DNA of 63,992 nt, filler included, from Octopus bimaculoides (Eukaryota), in the NCBI RefSeq assembly GCF_001194135.2. It is 7 parts of 6 records of this genome, joined end to end, with 100 filler letters (N's around TTAATTAATTAA, not from the genome) between each part and the next. Parts side by side here need not be neighbours in the genome. Positions count along the whole stretch, not along the records: positions 1 to 19,571 come from NC_068994.1; 6 more parts are not named here. One strand, given 5' to 3'. Below, in pieces: positions 1-11,814 of this stretch. Every line of letters starts with the position of its first letter. Position 1 is the stretch's first letter. The translations under genes were made by a program, and so were the position numbers. The notes under the pieces were generated by a model. That model was not told the origin of the DNA, did no database searches, and was given only the letters and a program-made list of their open reading frames with translations.

Positions 1-13
1 CTCCGTGTCCCCA

Positions 14-32
14 GTTAATATATATGTATATT

Positions 33-88
<56 letters not shown>

Positions 89-130
89 AGCGCGTATGTG
101 TGTATGTATGTATGTATAAGTACATAGCGT
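14..130. repeat. (TA)n / (TATG)n microsatellite; representative of dozens of TA, CA, CATA, GATA, GA and AAT tracts across the window
   Basis: Seen directly in sequence. Confidence 0.95.
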
Positions 131-515
131 ATCTATGCCCTAGATACCTGTAAAGACATGCAAGAATAGACTTCGGTGTAAACAAAATGACGGTGAACTG
201 AGAAGTATCTAAATATATTTTATTAAAACTGAAACTTCGTGACTTTAAGTGTCACGGCCCCAAACTACGAACGAAATTAATTACATATGGATGCAGACAC
301 ACACACACGCATACACACACACATACATTATATACGCATTCATACGCATATATATATATGCATACATATAGAGAGGGATATATGAATATTCGTATATCTA
401 TATGTATGTGTTTGTATGCATGTATATAGATATAAATATATGTAGAGATAGATGGATATACAAATAACAGTACATCGATATCTATGTATCTACCTATCTG
501 CCTTTCCATGTATCC

Positions 516-571
<56 letters not shown>

Positions 572-636
572 AAAGAATTCACACAAAAAAAAGACGAAGA
601 CAGGTGGTGTAGACAACAATATATATCATTCCTTTA

Positions 637-965
637 TCTTTTTACTTGTTTCAGTAATTTGACTGTGGCCATGCTGGAGCACCACCTTAAAGGTTGTCAG
701 TCGAAAGAAATCGACTCTATGACTTATTCTATCGGTTTTTGGCCGAACCGCTAAGTTACGGGGTCGTAAACACACCAACATCGGTTGACAAGCGATTGTA
801 GGAGAACAAGCACAGACACAAATACACACACGTAAATAGACACAAACACACATACATACATACGCTCACACACACACACACACACGCAAACACATATACG
901 AAGGGTTTCTTTCAGTTTCCATCTATCAAATCCACTCTCAAGGTTTTGGTCGGCCCGAGGTTATA
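637..965 (-). mobile_element. SINE family AB, 5'-truncated copy (body + internal CA/TA microsatellite + 3' tail)
   Basis: Matches the complete copies at 38826-39236 and 52313-52672, including GGCCCGAGG...GGAAACTGAAAGAA and the tail GGCCxCAGTCAAATxACTGAAACAAGTAAAA. Confidence 0.8.
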
Positions 966-971
966 AAGGTA

Positions 972-1138
972 TCGCGAAAGGCCTGATTTAAGGCCCAACC
1001 TGCCGAGTTCTTTTACTGGGCTTAGAAAAACTGAAGGACTGCTGCAATAAGTGTGTGAATCTGTGAGGGGAATATGTTGAATAAAATCATAATTAACTGA
1101 ACCTCCTGTGTTTTCTTTTACCGAAGGCCAGGAACTTT
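972..1138 (+). repeat. Unclassified repeat G, copy 1 (runs into gap)
   Basis: Homologous to 1640-1810; last ~65 bp essentially identical. Confidence 0.7.
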
Positions 1139-1537
1139 NNNNNNNNNNNNNNNNNNNNNNNNNNNNNNNNNNNNNNNNNNNNNNNNNNNNNNNNNNNNNN
1201 NNNNNNNNNNNNNNNNNNNNNNNNNNNNNNNNNNNNNNNNNNNNNNNNNNNNNNNNNNNNNNNNNNNNNNNNNNNNNNNNNNNNNNNNNNNNNNNNNNNN
1301 NNNNNNNNNNNNNNNNNNNNNNNNNNNNNNNNNNNNNNNNNNNNNNNNNNNNNNNNNNNNNNNNNNNNNNNNNNNNNNNNNNNNNNNNNNNNNNNNNNNN
1401 NNNNNNNNNNNNNNNNNNNNNNNNNNNNNNNNNNNNNNNNNNNNNNNNNNNNNNNNNNNNNNNNNNNNNNNNNNNNNNNNNNNNNNNNNNNNNNNNNNNN
1501 NNNNNNTCTATCTATATATATATATATATATATAAGC

Positions 1538-1825
1538 ATAAGCCTTGTAAAAGAACTTAGAAAGTTGGGATTCCAGCCAGACATTTGGCATATATATATA
1601 TATATATATATATATGAGGGAGTGTTCCTAGCTTCGGGGTATGCCAAATGTCTGGTTCGAATCCCAACTTTCTAAGTTCTTTCACAAGGCTTATAAAAAC
1701 TGAAATACCACTGCAGTGAGTGTGTGAATCTGAGGAGAGGTGGATATGTTGAATAAAAATCATAATTAACTGAACCTCCTGTGTTTTCTTTTACCGAAGG
1801 CCAGGAACTTTTCAGCACCGCTTCG
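1538..1825 (+). mobile_element. Unclassified repeat G, copy 2, with ~55-bp inverted duplication of its B-box-containing head
   Basis: 1538-1592 is the near-perfect reverse complement of 1640-1694; the arm contains GGTTCGAATCC (Pol III B-box consensus). Confidence 0.7.
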
Positions 1826-1829
1826 AGTA

Positions 1830-2221
1830 TGTATATGGATGGATATAAGAGAAAGAGACAAAGTGATAGAGAGAGAGAGATATGCATTTATTCACACACA
1901 CACACACATACATACGCACAAAGACAAACACATATACAAAGTCACACACGCATAAATGCACATGCACACACACATACGCGAATAAATACATGGGTATATG
2001 CATACATGCACACATACATATATACATACTTGCATACACACAAATATACAGATACACCCATTCTACGCACATATATATTTACATACATACATACATACAC
2101 ACACACATATATACACACATGCATACATGCATACAGTCACACATATACATACATTCACACATGCATACACAAACGTACACTCACATGCATGCATACATAC
2201 ATACATACATACATACATACA

Positions 2222-2252
<31 letters not shown>

Positions 2253-2390
2253 GTACATACACGCATATACAAACTCACACGCATGCATACATACATGCAT
2301 ATATACATATATACATATATAAAAAACGCACATACATACTTATATACATACAGACAGACAGACATACACGGACACTGATAAATCTATGAA
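1830..2390. repeat. Compound (GA)/(CA)/(CATA)n low-complexity tract
   Basis: Seen directly; source of the spurious HTYI-type ORFs. Confidence 0.95.
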
Positions 2391-2599
2391 ATCGATATTC
2401 CTTTCACAGTGTTCAATATATAAGATTATGTAGCAACTGTCTGGTAAGGTCCAGTTCCACACCCCTTTCCCTAACCCCCATTCTCTCGTCCCTGTCTCTC
2501 TCCGGCCTTCTGTCTCTCCCTCTCTTCCTCTCTCCTTCTCTTCCTCTCTCTCTCTCCCTTTTTCTAAATCATCTACACCATATATACATTCGGGAGGAA

Positions 2600-2810
2600 G
2601 GAGAGGATCTCTATGTGATGGCTTGATCTGCTAGAAATAGCAAGTGAATCTCCCTTAAATCACGCCCTAACAAGTTAGAGAAAGAGGATACGTCAGATGA
2701 AGTAGATCTACATGCACTCCTAAAAAAAGGTGGGATGGTCACGACTGGAATAAGTTTGATCAAAGGTCTACTCGATCAGGGTTGATCTTATGGTTAAACT
2801 ACAATATCTT
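2600..2810 (+). mobile_element. Family E: LINE/SINE 3'-tail-like repeat (other copies ~5240-5420, 5490-5640, 6990-7255, 14240-14340, 21330-21545, 58370-58560, 59870-60040, 60960-61030)
   Basis: Recurrent GATCTGCTAGAAATAGC...GGGATGGTCACGxCTGGAAT...GATCAGGGxTGAxCT...CTAAACAACAAC motif, often ending in (CAA)n. Confidence 0.65.
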
Positions 2811-2990
2811 GTACACATAGACGCACGCACACACTCACACACATGAGCACTTATACATACACATATTCGTTTATTTTAAAAAAATATATTTCAGCCCTAA
2901 GGCTGTTGCCAAGCTGGAGCACCGCCACATACATACATACACGTACATACATATACATACATGTATATATATACTTATCTATACATACGT

Positions 2991-3070
<80 letters not shown>

Positions 3071-4004
3071 GCACATATATGTATCCTCCCACACACACAT
3101 ATATATATACACACATATATACACACACACATAGTTGCATACACATATGTGCACAACAAATTTACAAATGCTTGCTTAGTCACATTCACACACACACACA
3201 CGTATACACACAGAGACAAGCATAAACACAATCACACACATACGCACGCAGAGACAAATACGCACACGAACACCAAACAACGCACACACACACACGAATT
3301 CACATGCTTATATTCACATATTTGACACTACAACTGCCCATCAAACCCAAAAAAGGAGATAAAACAAATAATAATAAAAAGACAAGAACGTATCGAATAT
3401 CGAATATCAGCTACCTACCTCATAGAAGTGCAATCTCGGCTGCTGTCGACAAACAATGTCCAATTAGAAAATAAGACTTGGTTTTAGTCGTCCGTTAGTG
3501 AAAACTGTAATGGGGATATCTCCGGCAGTTTCAGAACTAGCGTCCGTGACGTCAATTCGTCAGTGGCGCGTGGTTGCTTTGTAGAATTGTATTGTAATGG
3601 CATCACAAGAGAGACTCTGATAGTTGTTGGTTAATAAAATTATTTCATCTTTTTATCTTTTTCTTTCCTTTTTTTTTTTTTTTTTTACTTTTGCGGAGGG
3701 CGGTCGTCTTTGCCCTTTCATCTTTCCGGAAGATGTAAGTTAGTGGTGGAAACGTAAAGGTACTAAAGCTTTAGATTGAGGTCAACTGATGCCCTGAGCT
3801 CAGCCCATTATTTGTACCCCTCCGCCACCACTTCGAAGTGACAAGCCATTAACACGTAATAAATAATCGAACATGAACTGATCGATAAAAAATTTCGGTT
3901 TTCTTTCAGGCCATCGATATCCAAGCCAAAAGTATTTATATATATTGAACATAAACTACCTTTTTTTTATTTTAAAATTCTATGTATTTATGACAAAATA
4001 GTTT

Positions 4005-4195
4005 TAATTAGGGCAACAAGCAAAACAATTATAATTAGAGAAAGAAGTAAAAAATAATCATAATTTGGGTTACAGGTAAAAAAAATTATACATAGGACAA
4101 CAGTCAAAATATTATAACTTAGGCAACAGGCAAAAAAAAAGTATCATTCGAGAAACAGGTAAAAAATTGTAATTAGGGCAACTGGCAAAAAGAAG
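4005..4195. repeat. Degenerate minisatellite, ~7 units of ~27 bp, consensus TAATTAGGGCAACAGGYAAAAAAATTA
   Basis: Units aligned by eye at ~4005, 4032, 4061, 4091, 4115, 4143, 4170. Confidence 0.7.
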
Positions 4196-5961
4196 GCAAA
4201 TTTTCGTTTTTTTTTTAAATTTCACTTTTGTAAAGACACTGATTAAGTTGCGCCATAGTAAATCTGGAAATAAAGAAAATGAAACGGCATAACCTTGTGA
4301 CGCACCCAATTTCATTTGGTCCCCTCAATATTTATCACTTTGCTTAATGGTGAGTTGATCTTGGAGTGTTGTATAGGACCAGTTAATAAGTAGTAAAAGC
4401 GATACAATGATTTGTCTACATGAAGGATACAATGCTCTGTCTCTCTCTCCCAATCGTATGTGTAAAGGGACAAACCACAAGGATATATAACCTTCTGCCC
4501 GTATTAGAAGTATGTTTGTTTGTTTTTTTCCTTTTGCCAAGGTCCATTTTGCTTTTCATATCTGCGCAGTTCGGTAGTATGAAATGCCAGTCAGGTACTG
4601 CAGACGATAAAATCGGTTGTCTAACCCAAACTTCCGAATCCAACGAATTTCTAATTGTATGCTTAAGTTAGAAATCATTTTGCTTCCCTTTCTTTTAAAT
4701 CTTTTCGTTAGGATAGAAGGAAATGTCCTTCCCTCTTTGCAGGGTCTCTGAGACAGACGGAAGGTAGAGAAGAAGATATTTTGGGGCGGGCAACTTGATG
4801 CGAATGCTTGCAGCTTAAATTCTAAAGGTACTCAGAGTATCAGATGGTGGAGTTAAACTGTACAACGGATTACATCTATCCACCAATTAGGCCGTGGTTG
4901 GATTTGAACTCACATCAGGAAGAGCAGGAAAAAATACCACAAGGCATCCAGTCGGACCTTTTTACACTTCCCCCATTTCACCGGCTTGGATTGGTGCTTA
5001 TTTTGTATCGACCCCGAAAGGATGAAGAACAAAGTTGACCTCGGTGGGATTTGAATGCAGAGAATCGGAACAAATTACAGTGACGCATTGAGGCCCGGCG
5101 CTCAGGTACCAGGTTTTAATATCAAGGTACTTGGGTTGATTCATTCGACTAAAATGTTTCAAAGTGATGCCCCAAATAATAACTGAAGTGTTTTTATGTT
5201 TTTGGTGCCCTGGAATATCTTGGAAACGAAAGTTTCAAAGTAGGGTCTCTTTTCATAAACCAATTGAATGCCATTGTCTTCCATGACAGGAAGAAAATAT
5301 GCATTGGACATTGTCGTCTTGAGTACAGTAAATCTTAAGATGTGATGGTTACGACGGGAACATTCTTTATTGATAAGTCTGGTTAATTAGAATTGACCGG
5401 AAGCTAAAAAGCAACGGCAATGACGACGTCGGAAGTAGCAGCGATAGAGGCGGCGGCGGCGGTGATGACAATGACGACGGACACGACGAATCAATAAAAT
5501 GGAGTGTTAACATGGTTAAACAACCTGCTTGTAAAACGACTAAATCTCTCTCAAATTACCTCCAGCCATCCTTTATATTATTTAAGAGGACGCAAAGCCC
5601 GTGATGAAGTGAGGGGTATTTGGTTGCTATTTCTAACGAGTTCGGAACTGCCGAGAGGTTCCCACATACAGGCTCGGGATCTCTCGCTAAATCTTTCGTA
5701 GGTTTTCACTGAATCTATTTCAATCCTATCTTCTGACGCAAATCTAACACAGTAACACGTCTCTAAACGTAAAACATAAGGGCTACGAACAAAACGCTGT
5801 TGAATTTCTCTTTCTTTTCTTTTTATTTTATTTTGTGTTTGTTACTCTTGCTGTGAATAAATTTGCATTTACATTACATTTGTTATTCTTTCGGATTACT
5901 TGTTACCAAATGCAGACGCACATCTAATTCCTCGGATTCGTGATTTTAAATTGATTATATA

Positions 5962-6050
5962 AATGGCCGAATTGATTGAACGGTGATGTACCAATTGAAA
6001 GGTCACTGGTTCGTATCATATTTGTTGTCAAGACACTTAATTCCCAACTT
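5962..6050 (+). mobile_element. Degenerate tRNA-derived SINE fragment
   Basis: A-box-like TGGCCGAATTG, B-box-like GGTTCGTATC, followed by CAAGACACTTAA core-like motif. Confidence 0.45.
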
Positions 6051-6294
6051 GCGTGTCATTTCATCACAGGATTCGTCATGGCAACGCAGAGGATACAGTG
6101 AAATGCCTCTCAGTTCTGAGAATGCTGTTTCACTCAAGAACCGTCTCTACTCGCCCCTTTATGCTGTGCGCATGTGCACACGCACACGTGGTTTGTAATC
6201 AGAGCACATAAAAAATTTAATGTGCGCACACCAAAAATTATGTGTACACGAAAGTTTCGTTGTTAAAAATCAAAGAATAATTAACAGTTTCTAA

Positions 6295-6414
6295 TTTAGG
6301 TTGAAGGCCAATAATTTTTCACGGGAGGCGGTTGTCTCCAGTACTAAAATGGTATTTCATTTTGTCGATCCTGAAAGAATAAGAGGTAAAATTGACTTCG
6401 GCAGGATTTGAACG
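6295..6414 (-). mobile_element. SINE family C fragment
   Basis: Similar to the family C consensus (GTCGACTTTGCCTTTCATCCTTTCGGGGTCGATAAA). Confidence 0.65.
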
Positions 6415-6710
6415 ACGACGAGTGTTCCAGTTGATCTGATCAACAGAAGAGCTTTCTTGTGATATTTAGCCTGCAAGTGGCTGAGCACTCAACAAACACA
6501 CGTATCCTTAAACGTAGTTCTCAGGAAGATTTCAGTGTGATACAGAACGTAACAAAGCCGGCCTTTTGAGTTACAGGTACAACTCATTTTTGCCACCTGA
6601 GTGGACTGGAGCAACATGAAATAAAGTCTCTTGCTGAAGAACGCAGCGCATCACCAGGAATCGAACTCACGGCCTTGCGATCGCGAGCCGAATACGCATG
6701 ACCACTAAGT
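6415..6710 (-). mobile_element. SINE family D (tRNA-derived head)
   Basis: Colinear with 9100-9423; minus-strand A/B boxes and GTGTxCTTxAGCAAGACACTTTATTTCA core. Confidence 0.8.
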
Positions 6711-6721
6711 TCCCGTCGACA

Positions 6722-6840
6722 AAATTCACTCACTGGTTGTGTCCAGAGCTACAAAAGACACTTTCTCAAGGTAGTGTACAGTGAAACTGAAACCGTGACC
6801 CTGTGGTTGCTAAGCGAACTTGCTAACCACACAGCCATGT
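6722..6840 (-). mobile_element. SINE family AB, head fragment
   Basis: Reverse complement resembles GGCTGTGTGGTAAGAAGCTTGCTTCCCAACCACATGGTTCCGGGTTCAGTCCCACTG. Confidence 0.65.
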
Positions 6841-7269
6841 TTGCATCGCTGTCTGAAAGAAAGAAAGAAAGAAAATAATAGAATGTTTACAGCTTCAACA
6901 GGTTCGCTTGTAAATTAATTGTTTTTTCATCAAAATTGCCTTGAGAACTAAACAACAACAACATCAACATCAACAATAACAAATGGCCTTTACGTTGACG
7001 CTCAAGCTGCAAGAAATAGCAGCCAAATCGTTTTCATATCACAGCCTTACCGAGTTAGAAAGGAAAACGCAAAGCTTGTTCTTTGATGAGGTAGAGCTGG
7101 ATAATTCCGAAAAGGCAGGGTGGTCATGGATGGAATATTTTTGATAATATATCTCTGCTTGGTCAGGCTTGATCAGGCTTGATCTGAGAGCTGAACAATC
7201 ACAACGACAACGACAATCAGAAGCACAATAAAGCGCCCTTCTTCGCAACATGAACAACAACAACAACAG

Positions 7270-7515
7270 GGCAGGTGTGACTGTGTGGTAAGAAGTCTGC
7301 GTCTTAACCACATGGTTCTGAGTTCAGTCTCACTGCAATGTACGAAGACTCATATTGTCGTCCAATGCTCGAAATGAGGAGTAGACAGGCAGTCGACAAC
7401 TGATGAAGGGTCGTTCCTTATGTTGCTTGCCCTGTTTTCCATTTGCTTCTCTCGTTGTTTGCGTATTCAACTTTGTTTTCATATCTCGATGTTTACTATT
7501 TGTGACGTTCTGTAC

Positions 7516-7605
<90 letters not shown>

Positions 7606-7880
7606 TTATACATACATACATACATACATATATCTATGTGTGTGCGTGTGTATGTGTATGTGTGTGTCTATGTTTGTCTCCGACCACCACTTGACAACCG
7701 ATGTTGCTGTGATTACGTCCTCGTGACTTAGCAGTTCGGCGAAAGTTGCCGATAAAGTAAGTACCAAGCTTAAAGATGAATTTTAAAAATGAACAAGTAC
7801 TGAAGTCTATTTCTTCTACAAAAATTCTCCAAGGCGATGCCCCAGCATGGCCGTAGTCGAAAGACTGAAACAAATGAAAG
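7270..7880 (+). mobile_element. SINE family AB, interrupted by an unrelated repeat (~7340-7520) and TA/TG microsatellite
   Basis: Head at 7270-7338; 3' body at 7670-7880. Confidence 0.7.
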
Positions 7881-9039
7881 TTAACGTGATATAACTACCA
7901 CCACCACCACTATAACAACAATGATGACGACGACAACAACAACAACAAAACCATCAACACAACAACACCACCAACTGGCACGTGTTCCATTAGTAATTCA
8001 GCATTTAAGGCTGAAAAGCTATGCAAAACATGACATTTCTAACGGGACACCTGCTCAGGTTTAATTTCTATCAATCTGCTCGCCTTAATCTTTTCTGGAT
8101 CAGAAAATTAATTGGTGGCGAATTGTAATTGAAAAATAGAGCAGGATTGGGTGGTGGGGGAGGGGGNNNNNNNNNNNNNNNNNNNNNNNNNNNNNNNNNN
8201 NNNNNNNNNNNNNNNNNNNNNNNNNNNNNNNNNNNNNNNNNNNNNNNNNNNNNNNNNNNNNNNNNNNNNNNNNNNNNNNNNNNNNNNNNNNNNNNNNNNN
8301 NNNNNNNNNNNNNNNNNNNNNNNNNNNNNNNNNNNNNNNNNNNNNNNNNNNNNNNNNNNNNNNNNNNNNNNNNNNNNNNNNNNNNNNNNNNNNNNNNNNN
8401 NNNNNNNNNNNNNNNNNNNNNNNNNNNNNNNNNNNNNNNNNNNNNNNNNNNNNNNNNNNNNNNNNNNNNNNNNNNNNNNNNNNNNNNNNNNNNNNNNNNN
8501 NNNNNNNNNNNNNNNNNNNNNNNNNNNNNNNNNNNNNNNNNNNNNNNNNNNNNNNNNNNNNNNNNNNNNNNNNNNNNNNNNNNNNNNNNNNNNNNNNNNN
8601 NNNNNNNNNNNNNNNNNNNNNNNNNNNNNNNNNNNNNNNNNNNNNNNNNNNNNNNNNNNNNNNNNNNNNNNNNNNNNNNNNNNNNNNNNNNNNNNNNNNN
8701 NNNNNNNNNNNNNNNNNNNNNNNNNNNNNNNNNNNNNNNNNNNNNNNNNNNNNNNNNNNNNNNNNNNNNNNNNNNNNNNNNNNNNNNNNNNNNNNNNNNN
8801 NNNNNNNNNNNNNNNNNNNNNNNNNNNNNNNNNNNNNNNNNNNNNNNNNNNNNNNNNNNNNNNNNNNNNNNNNNNNNNNNNNNNNNNNNNNNNNNNNNNN
8901 NNNNNNNNNNNNNNNNNNNNNNNNNNNNNNNNNNNNNNNNNNNNNNNNNNNNNNNNNNNNNNNNNNNNNNAATAATATTTGGGATTTTTTTAAACATTGA
9001 ATGTCTCTGAGGGTTCATTCAAAGAAAATAGGAATGTAA

Positions 9040-9081
9040 AGGGGGCCATGGGTAAAAAAAAAAAATGGTTGAGAACCACTG
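9040..9081. mobile_element. hAT/Charlie-like terminal inverted repeat (one end only; other end probably in the gap)
   Basis: AAAAAxGGTTGAGAACCACTG is the typical Charlie-type terminus (CAGTGGTTCTCAACC on the other strand). Confidence 0.55.
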
Positions 9082-9099
9082 ATTTAACCTATTACAATT

Positions 9100-9423
9100 G
9101 GTATTCCGTCGGTTACGACGACGAGTGTTCTAGTTAATCCGATCAACGGAACAGCCTGTTCGTGAAATTAACTTGCAAGTGGTTGAGATCTCCACAGATA
9201 TGCGTAACCTCAATGTGGTTCTCAGAGGGATTCAGCGTGACACAGAGTGTGACAAGGCTGGCCCCTTTGAATTACAGGTACAACTCATTTTTGCCAGCTG
9301 TGTGGATCCGAGCAACGTGAAATAAAGAGTCTTGCTCAAGGATACAATACACCATTGAGGTTCGAACTCATGACCTTACGATCGTGAGCCAAGTAACCCT
9401 AACCACTGGGTCACGTGCCTTCA
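9100..9423 (-). mobile_element. SINE family D, near full length
   Basis: Minus-strand tRNA-like head (AGTGGTTAGGG...TGAGTTCGAAC), core and CGTCGTCGTAACCGACGG tail; other copies at 6415, 11362, 18660, 43545. Confidence 0.85.
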
Positions 9424-9489
9424 TGGGGCCAGTTGATAAGGTTAACTCCAACTGCTGCTGCGACTAATTTTTAACTGAGTAAATTGGAG

Positions 9490-9636
9490 CATTATTTACA
9501 TTATTTACATTTGATGGATATTTGTCCTCATCTTGTTTGTTGTTAACACAACATTTCGGCTGATATACCCTCCAGCCTTCATCAGGTCTTGGGGAAATTT
9601 CGAACCTGGGTTCTCATTCCTAAGGTATTTTTCGAC

Positions 9637-9672
<36 letters not shown>

Positions 9673-10041
9673 AATAATAATATTATTCAGGTCACAGCCT
9701 GGAATCGAACTCGGAATCTTGGGGTTAGTAGCCCGTGCTCTTAACCACTATGCCATATGTCCGTGGGCGTAGTGGTTAAGAGCGCGGTCTACTAACCCCA
9801 AGATTCCGAGTTCGATTCCAAGCAGTGACCTGAATAATAATAATGATAACAACAACAACAACATCGAAAAATACCTTAAGAATGAGAACCCAGGTTCGAA
9901 AATCCCCCAAGACACCTGATGAAGGCTGGAGGGTACATCAACCGAAACGCTGTGTTAACAACAAACAAGATGAGGACAAATATCTGTCAAATATAAATAA
10001 TGTAAACGATGTACATAATTCCTCATCTCTTAAATATAGAA
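9490..10041. mobile_element. Palindromic tRNA-head/(AAT)n/hammerhead element, family H1 (non-autonomous, Penelope-like affinity inferred)
   Basis: Left arm (9490-~9760) is the reverse complement of the right arm (~9765-10010). A-boxes at 9745-9755(-) and 9766-9775(+); B-boxes at 9701-9712(-) and 9808-9819(+); HHR cores at ~9546-9590(-) and 9909-9956(+). Confidence 0.9.
9909..9956 (+). ncRNA. Minimal type-I hammerhead ribozyme motif (H1); this copy mutated at U16.1 and in stem II
   Basis: GACAC-CTGATGA-A-GGCTG(loop)CAxCC-GAAACGC-T-GTGTT; consensus from the other arms is GAAACGT-T. Confidence 0.7.
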
Positions 10042-10104
10042 TTGCAGCGTAATTTCTATAATCATATCCAACGACAACGGCTAGCACCGAATGAGAATCC
10101 ATTA

Positions 10105-10470
10105 CAACAGATAAAGTTATGCTTTTTGACGAGTGGAACATGAAGGGTGTGGTCCACCATGAAATGTTTAACCAAAACGAAATACTTAACGTGAAGAATT
10201 TACTGTCGTTAATTGTAAGCATTGAATAAAAATTTGCAGAAAAAGCGACAATCAGTGGTCAATCGTAAAGCGGTGTTGCGCTCACACAATAATGCGAGAC
10301 CATAAATTAATTAAGTCACAAAAGAGTTTATCAATTGTGAAGAGATTAATTGAGTTTTTCTGTACTTCAAAACCTGAAGAATACATTACGCGCGAGGGCG
10401 CAACGTTCTGCAAAATAGATGGAATTACATTATCAGTAATGAGGGGAAATAATTAATCTTGTTTAAATAT
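10105..10470 (+). mobile_element. Mariner transposase remnant
   Basis: Frames give KVMLFDEWNMKGVVHHEM and HNNARP, matching the mariner KVML..WWD.KG.VHYE and HDNARPH motifs; stops and frameshifts present. Confidence 0.75.
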
Positions 10471-11361
10471 TTCAATTAAGACCAAAGAATCATTTGTTTC
10501 TTTCCCATCTTGAAGTGCGACAAGACACACACACATACACACAGACAGACACGCACACACACACACAGATACACACACACACACATTAATATAAACTTAT
10601 ATATATTATCTATATGTGTGTGTATGTTTGTGTGTGTGTGTATATTTGGTGTGTGCATGTATATACTTGTAAATATCTTTCACTTAAATCTATTTCAATC
10701 ATCAAAAAATTTGTCTACTCAGACTCTCCTCTTTCTCCTTCTCTCTCTCCTTTTCTCTCTCTCTCTCCTTCTCTCCTCTTTCTCTCTCTCTTTCTACATA
10801 TATATATAATGTATGTATGTATGTATGTACGTATGTATACACATGAATAATGCGCTCACAGGACACCAAGTACACTTTCGAGAAAAATTGACAAAATGTA
10901 CGGAAATTCTGTGGAATCCAAAATCAATGGCTTAAATTCTGTGAAATCAATCAAGAAAACAAAATCTATAACTTTGAAGCATGAACTGAAGATGTTGAGT
11001 GAAAAATTTCGTTCTCGGAAAAAAAAAATGCCAGAACGAACCCACAATGACCACGAGTAATTCACGAGCAGTGTGTAGGAGGATGAAGGCAAACGATGTG
11101 ATTGAAGGACCCCCTTGAGAGGATACGTTTAATCCAGAAACCGTATGTGGGAGTATAAAGAAAAACGATGTGGTTGTAAAAGAAAGTCCTTCTGAGAAAG
11201 AAGATCATGAATCATTTTGTTTAAAAGTTGGGAATGAAAGGAAGATTTTTAATCGAAAATACAGCAGCGTGAAAGTTATTTCTGGATCAACGTCGATAGA
11301 AAAATTTATATATGAAATAAGATTGGAACTTTCACCAAAGTTCTGGGAATGTGGAGGTGCT

Positions 11362-11460
11362 TGGTTTAGTAGTTAAGGTGTTCGGCTCACGATCTGAAGA
11401 TGGTTAGTTCAATTCCTGAACCTTGCAGTGCCGTCGTGTTCTTCAGCCAGGTATTTCATT
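11362..11460 (+). mobile_element. SINE family D, 5' fragment
   Basis: TTGGTTTAGTAGTTAAGGTGTTCGGCTCACGATC...AGTTCAATTCC head. Confidence 0.7.
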
Positions 11461-11814
11461 TTGTGGTAATTCAAGTGTAAGTTTCGTCACTTGAATCCAA
11501 ATTCCGGAAATGGATCTTCCGTTTCACTCTTGGAAAACTGCTTCTTTGTTGTTGTTGGAAGTATTCCAATGTTTAAAAAGAAACATATCATGTCAAAATA
11601 CCCTGTTGATATTGTCGAAATTCCAATGAAAGGGCCTTGGAGCTAGGTTAGAAACCGGCTTTTTTTCTATTAGGAAGATATCTTGAAATGAAACTGAATA
11701 ATAACATACAAACATGCATACGTACGTACACATTTAGGTACATACGCACATTTATAGATGCAAACATACAGATGTATACACACGTACACACCAGTGAAAC
11801 AAACCACATAATAA

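Noticed and set aside
4005-4195. CRISPR-like repeat-spacer array
   Set aside because: Units are contiguous and degenerate with no unique spacers; the context is eukaryotic.
4722-4770. 21-bp microexon TTTGCAG|GGTCTCTGAGACAGACGGAAG|GTAGAG
   Set aside because: Weak donor and no supporting context; expected by chance.
7340-7520. CTGATGA at ~7400 as a hammerhead
   Set aside because: No downstream stem II-GAAA or cleavage site could be built.
9690-9830. tRNA-like sequences as genuine tRNA-Ser(ACT) genes
   Set aside because: They lack a complete acceptor stem and lie inside a repeated palindrome; treated as SINE-type heads. The same applies to the AB, C and D heads.
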